DNA of 63,971 nucleotides, filler included, from Octopus bimaculoides (lineage: Eukaryota), in the NCBI RefSeq assembly GCF_001194135.2. It is 7 parts of 6 records of this genome, joined end to end, with 100 filler letters (N's around TTAATTAATTAA, not from the genome) between each part and the next. Parts side by side here need not be neighbours in the genome. Positions count along the whole stretch, not along the records: positions 1 to 12,859 come from NC_068997.1; positions 12,960 to 34,886 come from NC_068997.1; 5 more parts are not named here. One strand, given 5' to 3'. Below the pieces are notes generated by a model. The model did not search any database. It worked only from the letters and a program-made list of their open reading frames with translations, and was not told the origin of the DNA. The translations under genes were made by a program, and so were the position numbers. This document shows, in pieces, positions 12,205-23,723 of this stretch (positions are counted from its first letter, which is position 1; the number at the start of each line of letters is the position of its first letter).

Positions 12205-12332
12205 CCATGTCAGTGTTCCATTCTCCAAAAGACTCTACTCCAAAGATTTTGTATGCTCTCTGCTCTCTCACTTATCTCTTGGCAATGTTAGCAAGTAACC
12301 ATTCTTTACAACATGTCAATTATCCAACACAG
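12205..12332 (+). CDS. SLC35B1: SLC35B1 coding exon 3 (last exon visible in the window)
   Basis: Acceptor CTTTTCCCTTGCAG; SMSVFHSPKDSTPKILYALCSLTYLLAMLASNHSLQHVNYPTQ; donor CAG|GTAAGC. The three exons total 321 nt = 107 codons. Confidence 0.93.
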
Positions 12333-12396
12333 GTAAGCAATGTTTTATCCCTTTCCCCACTCCATATGTATGTATATGTTTATGTATGTATGTATA

Positions 12397-12589
12397 TTCT
12401 TTTACTTGTTTCAGTCATTTGACTGTGAGCATGTTGGAGCATTGCCTATAGTCGAGCAAATTGACCCCAGGACTTATTCTTTGTAAGCTTAGTACTTATT
12501 CTATTGGTCTTGTTTGCCGAACTGCTAAGTTATGAGGACTTAAACATACCAGTGTCCGTCGTCAAGCGATGTTGGAGGGACAAACACAT

Positions 12590-12636
<47 letters not shown>

Positions 12637-12793
12637 ACAGGCTTCTTTCAGTTTCCGTCTACCAAATCCACTCACAAGGCTTTAGTTGACTTGAGGCTGT
12701 AGTAGAAGACACTTGCCCAAGGTGCCACGCAGTGGGACTGAACCCGGAACCATGTGGTTGGTAAGCAAGCTACTTACCACACAGCCACTCCTG
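12397..12793 (-). mobile_element. SINE family A, essentially complete, with an internal (CA)n/(TA)n microsatellite
   Basis: tRNA-like head at the 12793 end, central microsatellite near 12580-12636, and 3' region ending ...CAGTCAAATGACTGAAACAAGTAAAAG. Confidence 0.88.
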
Positions 12794-12808
12794 CGCCTAT
12801 ATATATAT

Positions 12809-12859
12809 CATCATCATCATCGTTTAACGTCCGCTTTCCATGCTAGCATGGGTTGGACG
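12809..12859 (-). mobile_element. 3' end of a SINE with an (ATG)n tail (same family as 54408-54558)
   Basis: CATCGTTTAACGTCCGCTTTCCATGCTAGCATGGG is identical to the start of the 54408 copy; cut by the gap. Confidence 0.8.
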
Positions 12860-12959
12860 NNNNNNNNNNNNNNNNNNNNNNNNNNNNNNNNNNNNNNNNN
12901 NNNTTAATTAATTAANNNNNNNNNNNNNNNNNNNNNNNNNNNNNNNNNNNNNNNNNNNN
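12860..12959. other. Synthetic scaffold spacer 1 (44 N + TTAATTAATTAA + 44 N)
   Basis: Exactly 100 bp with an invariant 12-mer at 12904-12915 that gives stops in all six frames; same layout as five other gaps. Confidence 0.95.
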
Positions 12960-12997
<38 letters not shown>

Positions 12998-13344
12998 TTT
13001 TTTGAAAAAATGAAAGAGCTTTATTTCATTGAAGTGATCTCCATCAAAATTCTGCATCACCACTAATCAATCTAACACTGAATATTTCATTGAATATTCT
13101 CTTCACAAAAGAATCATTGATATTCTAGCTTTGTTCTACGTCATCGTTGTCTAATACTAATTCGTAGTTTTTGTTTAATTCTTAACTCAACTCCGATACC
13201 GCATAATTTTGATCAAAGCCCTTTCAGACATGAAAAATGATCTTTTGGTATATATAGGACGCTACTGTCTCACGAATGTTTAAGTTATATTTTTAAATCA
13301 CATAGGATTTCTCAAAACAACCTCGGTTGCGGTATATATAAGTG

Positions 13345-13546
13345 ATTTCAAATTTTGGCATAAGTCCAGGAATTTCGGGGGAGAGGTAAGACGATAACAT
13401 CGACCCACTGCTCGACCTGGTACTTATTTTATTGTCCCGAAATTATGAAAAGGAAAGTCGAAATTTGAACTCAGAGCGTAAAGACGGACGAATTACCGCT
13501 AACCATTTAGCCCGGCGTGCTAGCGATTCTGCCAGCTCACTGACTT
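13345..13546 (-). mobile_element. SINE family C (Deu/Nin-like domain), diverged copy
   Basis: Reverse complement of GAGCTGGCAGAATCGCTAGCACGCCGGGC...TCTGAGTTCAAATTTCGAC...AAGTACCAG; aligns with the 39855 copy. Confidence 0.75.
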
Positions 13547-13567
13547 ACGGAACAGATAATAATAGCC

Positions 13568-13739
13568 CTTTCTACTAAAGGCATAACGCCTGAAATTTTG
13601 TGGGGAGGGGAATAATCGACTGCATCAACCCCAGTGTTTCACTAGTACTTAATTCATCGACTCCGAAAAGTGGAAAGGCAAAGTCGACCTCAGCGGATTT
13701 TGAACTCAGAACGTAGAGACGTGCCAACGATTCTGCCAG
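13568..13739 (-). mobile_element. SINE family C (Deu/Nin-like domain)
   Basis: Reverse complement of GTTCTGAGTTCAAAATCCGCTGAGGTCGACTTTGCCTTTCCAC...AATTAAGTACTAGTGAAACACTGGGGTTGAT. Confidence 0.8.
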
Positions 13740-13745
13740 ATATAG

Positions 13746-13791
<46 letters not shown>

Positions 13792-14565
13792 GAAGTATTA
13801 TTATTATTATTATTATATGAAGGAACACATACGAAGAAAATCTTCACCTCATTCAAGCTACGTTTCTACAAAATTAACAAGAATATTACAGCCATATGCT
13901 ATCAGTTATGCATCAGAAATAACCTCAAAGTGACCTACGGTAGGCCTGGCATGTCAGTAAAATCATAAAAAGCTACAACCAAATATTCCGAATGAACATT
14001 AGCATTTATTTACTTAAGAAGCGTAACAGAGGAAGAAATACATCGAAGAAGTGGAAGTGGAAGTTTAGCAACATCAACATCAGCAATAATATTAGCTTCT
14101 CATTTAGGCCACAAAGAGGGGCGATTTTGAGGTAAGGAGGTTGACAATACCAAATGCCGCAGTACGTGACTTCCAGCGCATTTTATGGAATCAATTGGAA
14201 TAAAGATTCAATTTTACCAGGGATGGATTGTAGTCAGAATATATTGAGTTGGAATAAATCCCAACTTAACTTTACATCAAAAAACGATGGAGATGTCTTC
14301 CATTTGCCTACAAAAGAACAGAAATACGGGACTGTATCTCCTTTGCTGGTTGGGCTGGGTATATGAGAGTAGGTACCTCGCCATTAAAACACAGGATGAA
14401 ATGAGAAATGAGGCAGAGGTAAACAACTGTGACTGTATAAGTGTGCATACATATATGCACACATGCACACACACACACACACACACACATACATACATAC
14501 ATACATACATACATACATACGTACATACAAACAACTCTTCACTTATCTATCTACCTATCTGTCTG

Positions 14566-14624
<59 letters not shown>

Positions 14625-15185
14625 GCTTGTCTGTTTGTCTATCTCTCTCTCCCCTCTATCTATCTAAATATCTATTTATCTTCCTATCTATTTTTCTCTC
14701 CATCTGTTTATCAATTTATATCCATACGTATGCATAGCACATTAGTTACATTTGGTAATAATTTTAGTTTTTTTTTCTCTTTTTGGTAAAACATTGCATA
14801 CTGCTGTCTATATTAATTTTATGTATATATATTAGCGATTCGCTAAATCATTAATAGTTTTTCTTATAGTGAAGAAATATCTACTGACAGAGAATTAAGT
14901 CCGGAGTCTGCCGAAATCGAGCCATTCCTTACTGATGAGGTACCAGAAATTGCCGAGACTGACCGGTCACTATAGGGAATTCTCAATTGATGTTTTCAGG
15001 CGATTATAGTCCCCGTCAGTATATATGTATACAATTATGTGATTTGACTACAATATTAAAGCATTTTAGCTCTTATTTCTAGCAATGTAGGTGTTTCTAA
15101 CACCCTAGTCATATTTAGTGACAATTATAATTTTCCTTTTTGGTAAAACATTGCATACTGCTGTCTATATTCATCCCCCTCTCTC

Positions 15186-15242
<57 letters not shown>

Positions 15243-16264
15243 GCAAAGTTATGTATTAGCACATAGATAGATAGAAAGATATAGATATAGATATATATAC
15301 AGACACATATATATATTCGCATATTCGAGGTTAGGTATTGATCTCGCTAGCTCTATTACTTTGTTCATTTAAAACTTATATTCGTCTCTACCTACTCTGA
15401 TTCATCCTCATCAGTCTAAATAAAATCCCAGACATAGAGATCACAGACGACTCAATATTGCTGTTTAGAATCGGTATGCTGCTATTAGATCATTCGTTTT
15501 CCTTTGGTGGGGGGGGGAGAATTCAATAGAGCTCTATGTAAATCCTTTATTATGTACACAAAATCCAGGAGCTGTATTTCACACGTAATATTAGTTGAAC
15601 GCTGCTTCTATAGTTTCCGTGACTTGCCTTTAGATGAAGCTTGTGATTCCCGTTAGCAACATGAATATAAAATATCTAATTGTCGTTTTTCGTAATCACT
15701 TGAAGAGATTACAAAGAGACACTTTATAGTAATAAAACAGAAATATATTGTACAATTTCATTATATGTGGCTCTTCAATATTTGCCATAATAGCAATAAT
15801 AAATTTATTGTAGCGCTGTCCCAAACAGTGGAATGGAATTGAAGATTGCATAGAGATTACAGAGAGTGAATTATTGGAAAATTCATCATAGTTCAGCATA
15901 AAAAGCAATTAAGATTTTCATGACCTGAAGTATCTGTTGTTATGACACTTCTAAAAGTGCTTTTCACTTAGGTAAAACTTATATGATTAAATAATTAAAT
16001 TATATAATTTTAGACAATCGTATATAACTTGAGACTTCTGTGTATAATACATCTGTTAGGGATATAATCTAATGATCGTTATAAAATTTAGTAAATAGTT
16101 ATGAAGTTGAAATCACGGTCATACAGTTTAAGATATATTTGTATAATCTCAGACATTGCATTCATACTTTAAAACATATATGTCATATACTATGTCATAT
16201 ACTATGTCATATACTATGTCATATACTATGTCATATATACTAAAGATATTTACGCATTTATTTT

Positions 16265-16477
16265 TTGCTTGTGTCAGTCTTTAGATTGCGGCCATTCTCG
16301 AGTACAGATTTGAATTTTTAGTCGAATGAGTCGAACCCAGTATTTATTTTTTGTTAAGTGTGGTACTTATACTACCGGTCTCTTTTCCCGAACCGCTGCG
16401 CCTTAATGAGATATGAACACACCAACACCTGTTGTGAGGCGGTGATGGACAAGCTGAGACATAAAATCATACACACG

Positions 16478-16526
<49 letters not shown>

Positions 16527-16676
16527 GACGGACTTCTTTTAGTATCTGTCTATGAAATCAGCTAACAAGGCTTTGGTCGGCCCGAAGCTCTAACAGTAGA
16601 CAGTTGCCCAAGGTTCTACATAGCGGGACTGAACCCAGAACTATGTGGTTGGGAAGCACGCCTGCACAACCACGCC
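16265..16676 (-). mobile_element. SINE family A, diverged full-length copy with an internal (CA)n
   Basis: Colinear with the 12397 copy (GCTTTGGTCGGCCCGAAGC, TTGCCCAAGG, GGGACTGAACCC). Confidence 0.78.
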
Positions 16677-18273
16677 TTTGCTAATTAAGACATTATAATT
16701 ATATTTGTTAGACAGTGTTACACACTTTAAGACTAAACTACATAATTTAAGATTGGATTATATAATTAAAAAATTATAAAATTGAAGACATGTTCACATA
16801 ATTTAAGAAACGCTTCTAAAATATATTCTGTTTATATAAGCGACAATATGGCTCTGTAATTTAAGACATGTTTATATATTTTATGACTTAATTATGTGAA
16901 TTAATTCTATAAAACGTAAGACATTTATGAAATGTAAGTGTGCAAATTAAAATAAAAAAATTTGTATTTTGATAAGAGACAAAATTTTGAGAGAATATGG
17001 CTGCATTTGTTGTTTCGCATCAAATATTCTCGGTAAAGCAGACAACGGTAAATATGATGCAAATTCGTTTATACTGATGCCCTGTTGTAACTGTGTCTTT
17101 GTATTGCTGTTACAACCCTTTATCCTGCAGTATCTCACTCCAACATCGATAAGCTGGTGTTTTATAATATTCTCATATGCGTCTTTTAATATAACTTTAT
17201 CTGGTTGGAGCCAATGAGGGAGCCTCCACGAAAATTCAAAGGTTTCTTTGAAATAGCGCTCAGATTTCCCTCAACTGGTACATTACTACTTTACAACAGA
17301 TAAAATACTATATTACTGCTTTACAACACATACTTTACAACAGATGAAATATTTTAGCAATATGCTCCTTGGATTCTCTGTATCTTGTAAAATAGGATTG
17401 GGTTTGAGGTGATCATAGGTCTACTTGACCTAACGCTAAGTCAATAACTACAACAAGGACTTCAGCAGGAAAAAAAAAACAAAGCATCAACAACAGCGGT
17501 AACTAATCGTATTTCGGGTAGTTTATGAATGATCTTCAATATAGAGCCAGCAAAAGTATGTGTTGTTTTATCTACTGAAAGAAAGTGTTAATGACGTATT
17601 CTATATTTCTATATTATCGTTGGTACGTATAAGTGTCACAAGTTTTCCTTTATGAGATATTTTGCTATTGTGTCTTTATTCCAATTCTTTTTGTCTCTTG
17701 TTGAAGATTTAGAAACATTGTCCTGAATGTTGTACTTCTCGACCAGGCAAAGGAGACATTTTTCTTAAAGTACATCATAGCTTCAGCCGGAGGCAGCTTA
17801 TATGGTTGTTGACAGTTTCCTCTCAACTTCCAGATGTACTAGGATAGGAAAATCGAATTCTTCTAGCTTCTGTTTATAAAAACGATGTTCTTACTTTTGT
17901 TGATTACGCCCACGTCATTGCTATTCAGTTGACCAATAATGAAAGACCATTTCAGTGATAACCTTCATATTATGTTCTAAAAATACTAAATTCTAATTTG
18001 TTGGCCCGATATTCGTACATTTGATGCGGTTTTGGGGATAGCATGAGTTGTTAATAAACTAGTAATATTCTGTTATACTGTCTATTAAATGGCCAAAACA
18101 ATATTTTGTGATCCAATTTATTGCACCCGGCTGTTTAAATCAGATATTTTCGTTTTACGTCTAGTTAATAAAGCGGTTCTATTGTTCAAAGAATGTTTAT
18201 GACATTTTTATTGAACTTCTCATAGTACATATACACACAGAAATATATGTATGCATACGAGCGTGTGTGTGTG

Positions 18274-18305
<32 letters not shown>

Positions 18306-19289
18306 GGTGTGGGTGTGTGTGTGTGTATGTGTGTGTGTGTGTGTTTGCATGCGGGCGTGTGTGTGTAACCGCTCTGTCTCTCTCTATTCTTTCAGTTCAA
18401 ATCCAGCCGAAGTCAGCGTTGCTTTTCAAGTTCTAAAGATTGATAAATGAAGTACCAGTTAAGTCCTGATCTCCTGTCTTTCACCAGCTGTTTCCTTCTG
18501 TCGGTCTGTCTTTATCTTCTGGAAGAAATTAAAATAGATCAGACCCGGAGAAGGATGTGCACTACCAGGTCTTCAAAATACTCAGGAAACGCTGTATATT
18601 TTGATGACGTCTCTACAACTCCTGCGTTGGTTTGAGACTTCAACCAGTAAGGGATAGCGTAGAAACAGATAATAATTACATAAAATCAAGGATAAATTTG
18701 GTTCATTCGATTTGTATATGGGAAATCTTTACAATTTGCGAAAACATAACTGTTACCAATATCGATATTATAGCATTTCTTAAGAAAGAAAAAAAAACTA
18801 TTTATGTATTCACATGTACTTTTAATGGAGCAGAAATTTCAGATTTGGTGAAATTATATATTCTTACACAAGAAAATTCAACAATCTCCACTAGCTGAAG
18901 AATTACAGCGAGAGAAAATTTACTGGGTTCCAATGCATAAATTACATGGGCAAACTGAGAGGGACAAAGAAAGGAATAAATAAAAGGTAATTTTTAATAA
19001 TTCAGTCAAAAAATTACAAAGAATAAAAAGCAGAGATGGCACATTTCTTTGATCCCACATTAAATCTCAGCACAGACAAGCAGTTTGTTCAATGGGAAAG
19101 CAAAGCATGAATAGGGGCTCCGGTCATCTGGATCCTAATGTACATCACAGAATAATTTTAGAGGAATAAATATTTAAGTCACATCATCATCATCACCAGC
19201 ATCATTATCGTTGTCGTCGTCATCTTCGTCAGCTTCGTCATCATGATCATGATCATCATCATCAACATCATCATCATCATCATTATCAA

Positions 19290-19547
19290 GTCCTACAAAT
19301 GACTGTCTCCTGTCCTAGGACTCATGGGGCCTATTGCCCGGTTTTCATGGGGTACAAGTGACCGAGTACCACAGGTTCTCCTCTGAATGGCGCAGGCTCA
19401 CTCATTTACGGCTGAGTAGACCTGATCAATATGAAATGAAGTGTTTTACTCAGGAACACTACACATCCTCCGATCCAGGAATCGAAACCATGATCTTACG
19501 ATCGTGAGTGTAACATTCTGACCACTTAGACATGTACTTTCGATTAT
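19290..19547 (-). mobile_element. tRNA-derived SINE family D (CORE-like centre)
   Basis: The minus strand has TCTAAGTGGTCAG...GGTTTCGATTCCTGG, then GTTCCTGAGTAAAACACTT...ACTCAGCCGTAAATGAGT, and ends in (ATG)n. Confidence 0.65.
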
Positions 19548-20057
19548 TTAAGTTACCCCAAGTATAAACTGGACCTACACTGGAGATACTTAAATAACCG
19601 TCCAAACTATGTAAAGCAACCCATATCAAACAATCCAATATAATATTAATACAAGAAAAAAAGAGAAAAATATTCCTTTAATCTTTCTTATTATTTAAAT
19701 GTTACCAGAACTTTAATAGAAATGCTTCTAACATGTCAATGAAGAAATAGATTCAATGAAAACTCGAAACTACTTCTTTGGAAACGCCAACTCAATTTAC
19801 GAAGTTTTGCTCTCCACTTGAGATGTTAACTTTTAAATCTGTCTATTTCGAACAAAATCGAACTAATTTAAAATATTTTAAGAGACCACAATCTCGGTTC
19901 CACACCCAGCTTCTTTCAGTATTAGCCATTTCGTTGATTGTATCTTTCCATTATTTCACGATGCCAATAACAAATGCAAAAATAATTTTATTTTCAATTT
20001 AGTTTTGCACTCAGTATCTCATCTAAATTTAAAAGTAAATAAATCACCTTAAAGGCA

Positions 20058-20111
<54 letters not shown>

Positions 20112-20431
20112 CATTATTATTATTATTATTATTTCATTCTGGTTGCTGTTAGTGTTCACGTTGTTATTAAAACAAAATTAGTCATTACTGATTTCGCTAT
20201 CGGAAGCTGTTGCGAAGTCATCGCTATGATGATGATGATCGTGACGATGACGATGTTGAAAAAGAGGATAAGGAAGAGAATGAGGAAAACAATGTTGATG
20301 ATGATGATGATGATGGTTACCATCATCATCAGCAGCAGCAGCAGATTATTCTTATTACTAATATATTTCTTTCTCTTTTTATATGTACAGACACATTTAT
20401 ATGCATTTGTGCGTGTGTGTATGTGTATGTG

Positions 20432-20480
<49 letters not shown>

Positions 20481-21946
20481 ATACATATATATAAATGTAT
20501 ACATACACATATGTATATATGTATATATTTACACACGAACACACACACATGCATATATATGTAAATGCACATGCTACACTTATACTTACCACCTCTTATA
20601 TTCCTTCTAACATATTTCAAGGAATAGCTTTCTTCTGCTTTCTCTATAGTTTATATTGATAAAACATTGTCATTTTTATGGTGGTTGCTACTGCTACTGA
20701 TGCTGCTGTTGTTGTTTTGGTATGCACAGAAGCATTGTCAAACCACTTCAAGTGTTTTGGATGTTTGCCAAATTTATGAATGTAAAATTCATTTACGGAT
20801 TATTTTCAAACATGGAACTTTCAAGCGTATAGCTGATTACCCTTATATCTAAACTAGTCGAAAAAATATATTTTTAAAGGAATGTTATATTTTTATTTCA
20901 TGTCTTTGCGTTTATTTTAGTAAATCTTTACTCCTAGAAGGTTGGACGACGATACTCACCATAAAAAACAATGAATATAGGGAAAAAATCAAAAAGAAAA
21001 AGTAAAACAATGGAATAGAATGACTCGTACCTGTTTTCAAATATTTAAAACAAAACAAATCCAGTTTTTACACAGTGGAACCAAAAATTACATTACCCAC
21101 AAAGTTACCAACATTTTGGCTAGTCTAGCTAGCCAAAGAAAAGATTTCGATAATGTCAGTCACAACATGTAGGGTTTTCGTAAAAGAATGTTACTTATTG
21201 CATGCTAAATGCACCTCTAAGTCCTTTACAAAATTTTCACTACCCATATATAAATTATATTGGTTTTAAAATTTGATCAAGGCCAGCAATTTCGATGAAA
21301 GGAGGAAATCTAAGCATTTTGTCTGGCGTGCTGACTATGCTGCCAGCTCACCGCCTTTATATAACGCCATATGAAAACTGGGAAGTTGATGTACGATGTA
21401 TGACGTGAATAATAAAAATCTAGAGGTTATCTTTTCACCCAAGTGTGGATATATAACTATTATTTTCATTATGGCTTCTGCAGTTTGAATGCATTGCATG
21501 TGAATTATGGAAGTCGTTAGTGTTCTAGCTGGTAGCTTTCAGGTGTCTATCGTTTATTCGGTCTTGTGTGATTTCTGTTACTTTATTGGTTAATCATTGT
21601 GTTGGAAGGTTATTATGTTGGGTATGTCTTGTGTAGGATATGTATTGTATATTTTATGTGTTTAATGTATTGTGTTTTATAGACGTGATGTGTAGAGCAT
21701 GCGTTGTGAAGGGTACATGTTATATAGGGTAACTTTGTGTAGGTACCTGTGGTGTAGAGCACGTGTTGTGTAGGGCACCTGTTTTGTAGATACCAGATGT
21801 GTATTTTAAGTGATGTGAGTGGAACGTGGTGTGTCCAATGTGTATAATTTTGGGGTCATATTATTGATGTAGAACTGCTTTGTGCAGAATGTGTCCGATT
21901 GGCCTGTACGGTGGAGACGCGACGTGGAAACAAAATCACGATTAGG

Positions 21947-22290
21947 TTTTTCGACTGTATTGTAACTTGCAATGAAAATTGGATTCTCTACAATTAAAAA
22001 AATAACCGTTCTTCGCAGTGGTTGAACCTAAATGAAGTCCCGAAAACCTTCCCTAGACCCGAACTCTTCAAAAAGAAGATTATGGTGACTATTAATGGTG
22101 TACTGCTGGACTCATCCACTATAGCTCAGAACTCCCGATTTTTATGTTACCAGAATGAACAAACTTGTAACTCATTGTGTTGATTGTAATGGTACTTACT
22201 TTGATGAATAGAATTCCCTCACTGTTGAAATATATTCTGATGAATTTCATGTTTCAAAACGTTGTTTACTCTTTTACTCAGTTTGATGGG
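21947..22290 (+). mobile_element. Mariner transposase remnant with an internal deletion
   Basis: FFDCIVTCNENWILYN*...SSQWLNLNEVPKTFPRPELFKKKIMVT / TAGLIHYS, then the C-terminus TPDFYVTRMNKLVTHCVDCNGTYFDE*. Matches the mariner motifs IVTxDEKW and CxDxNGxYFD. Confidence 0.82.
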
Positions 22291-22428
22291 ATTACGGGAG
22301 TGTAAGTATGACGGTGTTCTCGAGGAGATAATAGGCGTCGGCGAAAATGAACTGGCCAATTTGTGGCAAATATATGAAATCATCATCATTGTTATTGTTG
22401 CTGTTGTTGTTATTATTATTATCATTAC

Positions 22429-22786
22429 TTTCATATACACTCAACAGATAAGACTGTTGGAGAAGAAAAATTCCTAACATCGGGCTACAACAAGTAACTT
22501 TAAATGCCAAGACACTAAGTATCCAAACTGTCCCTAATAACACTGTTTTCTGGAGTTATACTAAATTGTGTTTTATGTCTATTTCCTCTCTCCGTCTGTT
22601 CAGATCTCTAGGGATAGTTCCCAATGCACCTATAACTACTGGGATACATTTTACCAGCACTTTCTAGTCTCTGTAACTCAATAGCTAGACCCTGGTACTT
22701 TGCTATTTTTTCTATACTTCTCATATTAACGTTTTCTTTATTTGGGATTGTAAAGTCAATTTTCTGGCACGTTCTATTCTCTTTAT

Positions 22787-22868
<82 letters not shown>

Positions 22869-23600
22869 CAAATCAGGTCTTCTAGCGTCTATTACACTGT
22901 CAGTCTGGATGTTAAAGTACCACAGCGTTTTATATTTCTTACTTTCTAGTACTTTACTAGGTTCCTGTTCATACCATTTATCAGTATGCTCAAATCCTAG
23001 CTTTCTACATAGCTCCAAGTAGATTATTCTCCATAGATTGCCATGTCTTTTCTTGTATTCTTTGTGTGTAGCATGATAAATTCACTTCCTATATGAGTAA
23101 CACTTTCTTCTTCTGATTTGCATAATCAACGTTGGGAATCTACTTGGTTTTTATTCAATTAGTCCTTAATGCTTGATCTTGTGCAGCAACTAACAAACTT
23201 TCTGTGTCCCTCTTCAGCTTTCCTTTCTACAACCATAGACATGTCTCACTACTACTATTTTTTTGTAAATATACTCAAACATTTTTTTGCAAATATACTC
23301 AAACATTCAATTATCCATGAATGTGGGATCATGTCATAGACTTTCCTATAATCTATCTATGCTAGTTTTAGTTTTTTTTCTAACTTTTACTAAATTTAGA
23401 ACGTTTTTTTTTTCTATATATAATAGATCATGTGTTCCACTAGCCTTCTTCTTGATATCTTTCTGTTCTTTTAGCAGTAAATACTGTTTGTTTTCTGGCA
23501 GTAAATTATGCTCGTAAATGCCTTCTGAAATCATTCCTGTTAACAGCTTCCACACCAATGATAATCAGCGATAGCAACGAATTGTTTCCGTATATTACAA
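22429..23600 (-). mobile_element. R4/Dong-like non-LTR retrotransposon remnant (RT start, internal deletion, zinc-knuckle region, restriction-like endonuclease, 3' end)
   Basis: VWKLLTGMISEGIYEH...; IDYRKVYDMIPHSWIIECL; TESLLVAAQDQALRTN; ELCRKLGF...KWYEQEP...TDSVIDARRPDL(V)nDKENR...EKIAKYQGLAIEL; IPVVIGALGTIP; LLGT. Trinucleotide microsatellites on both sides. Confidence 0.88.
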
Positions 23601-23602
23601 TT

Positions 23603-23641
<39 letters not shown>

Positions 23642-23657
23642 GTCATCATCATCATCA

Positions 23658-23721
<64 letters not shown>
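23601..23721. repeat. Compound (ATC)n(ATT)n microsatellite
   Basis: Read directly from the sequence; abuts the 5'-truncated end of the R4/Dong-like element. Confidence 0.97.

Positions 23722-23723
<2 letters not shown>

Noticed and set aside
12904-12915. TTAATTAATTAA as a homeodomain/PacI-like regulatory palindrome
   Set aside because: It is always centred in exactly 44+44 N, so it is an assembly linker rather than genomic DNA.
22237-22263. CTGATGA...AAACGTT as a hammerhead or box C motif
   Set aside because: No convincing stem II and no GAAA; it lies in the 3' end of the mariner remnant.
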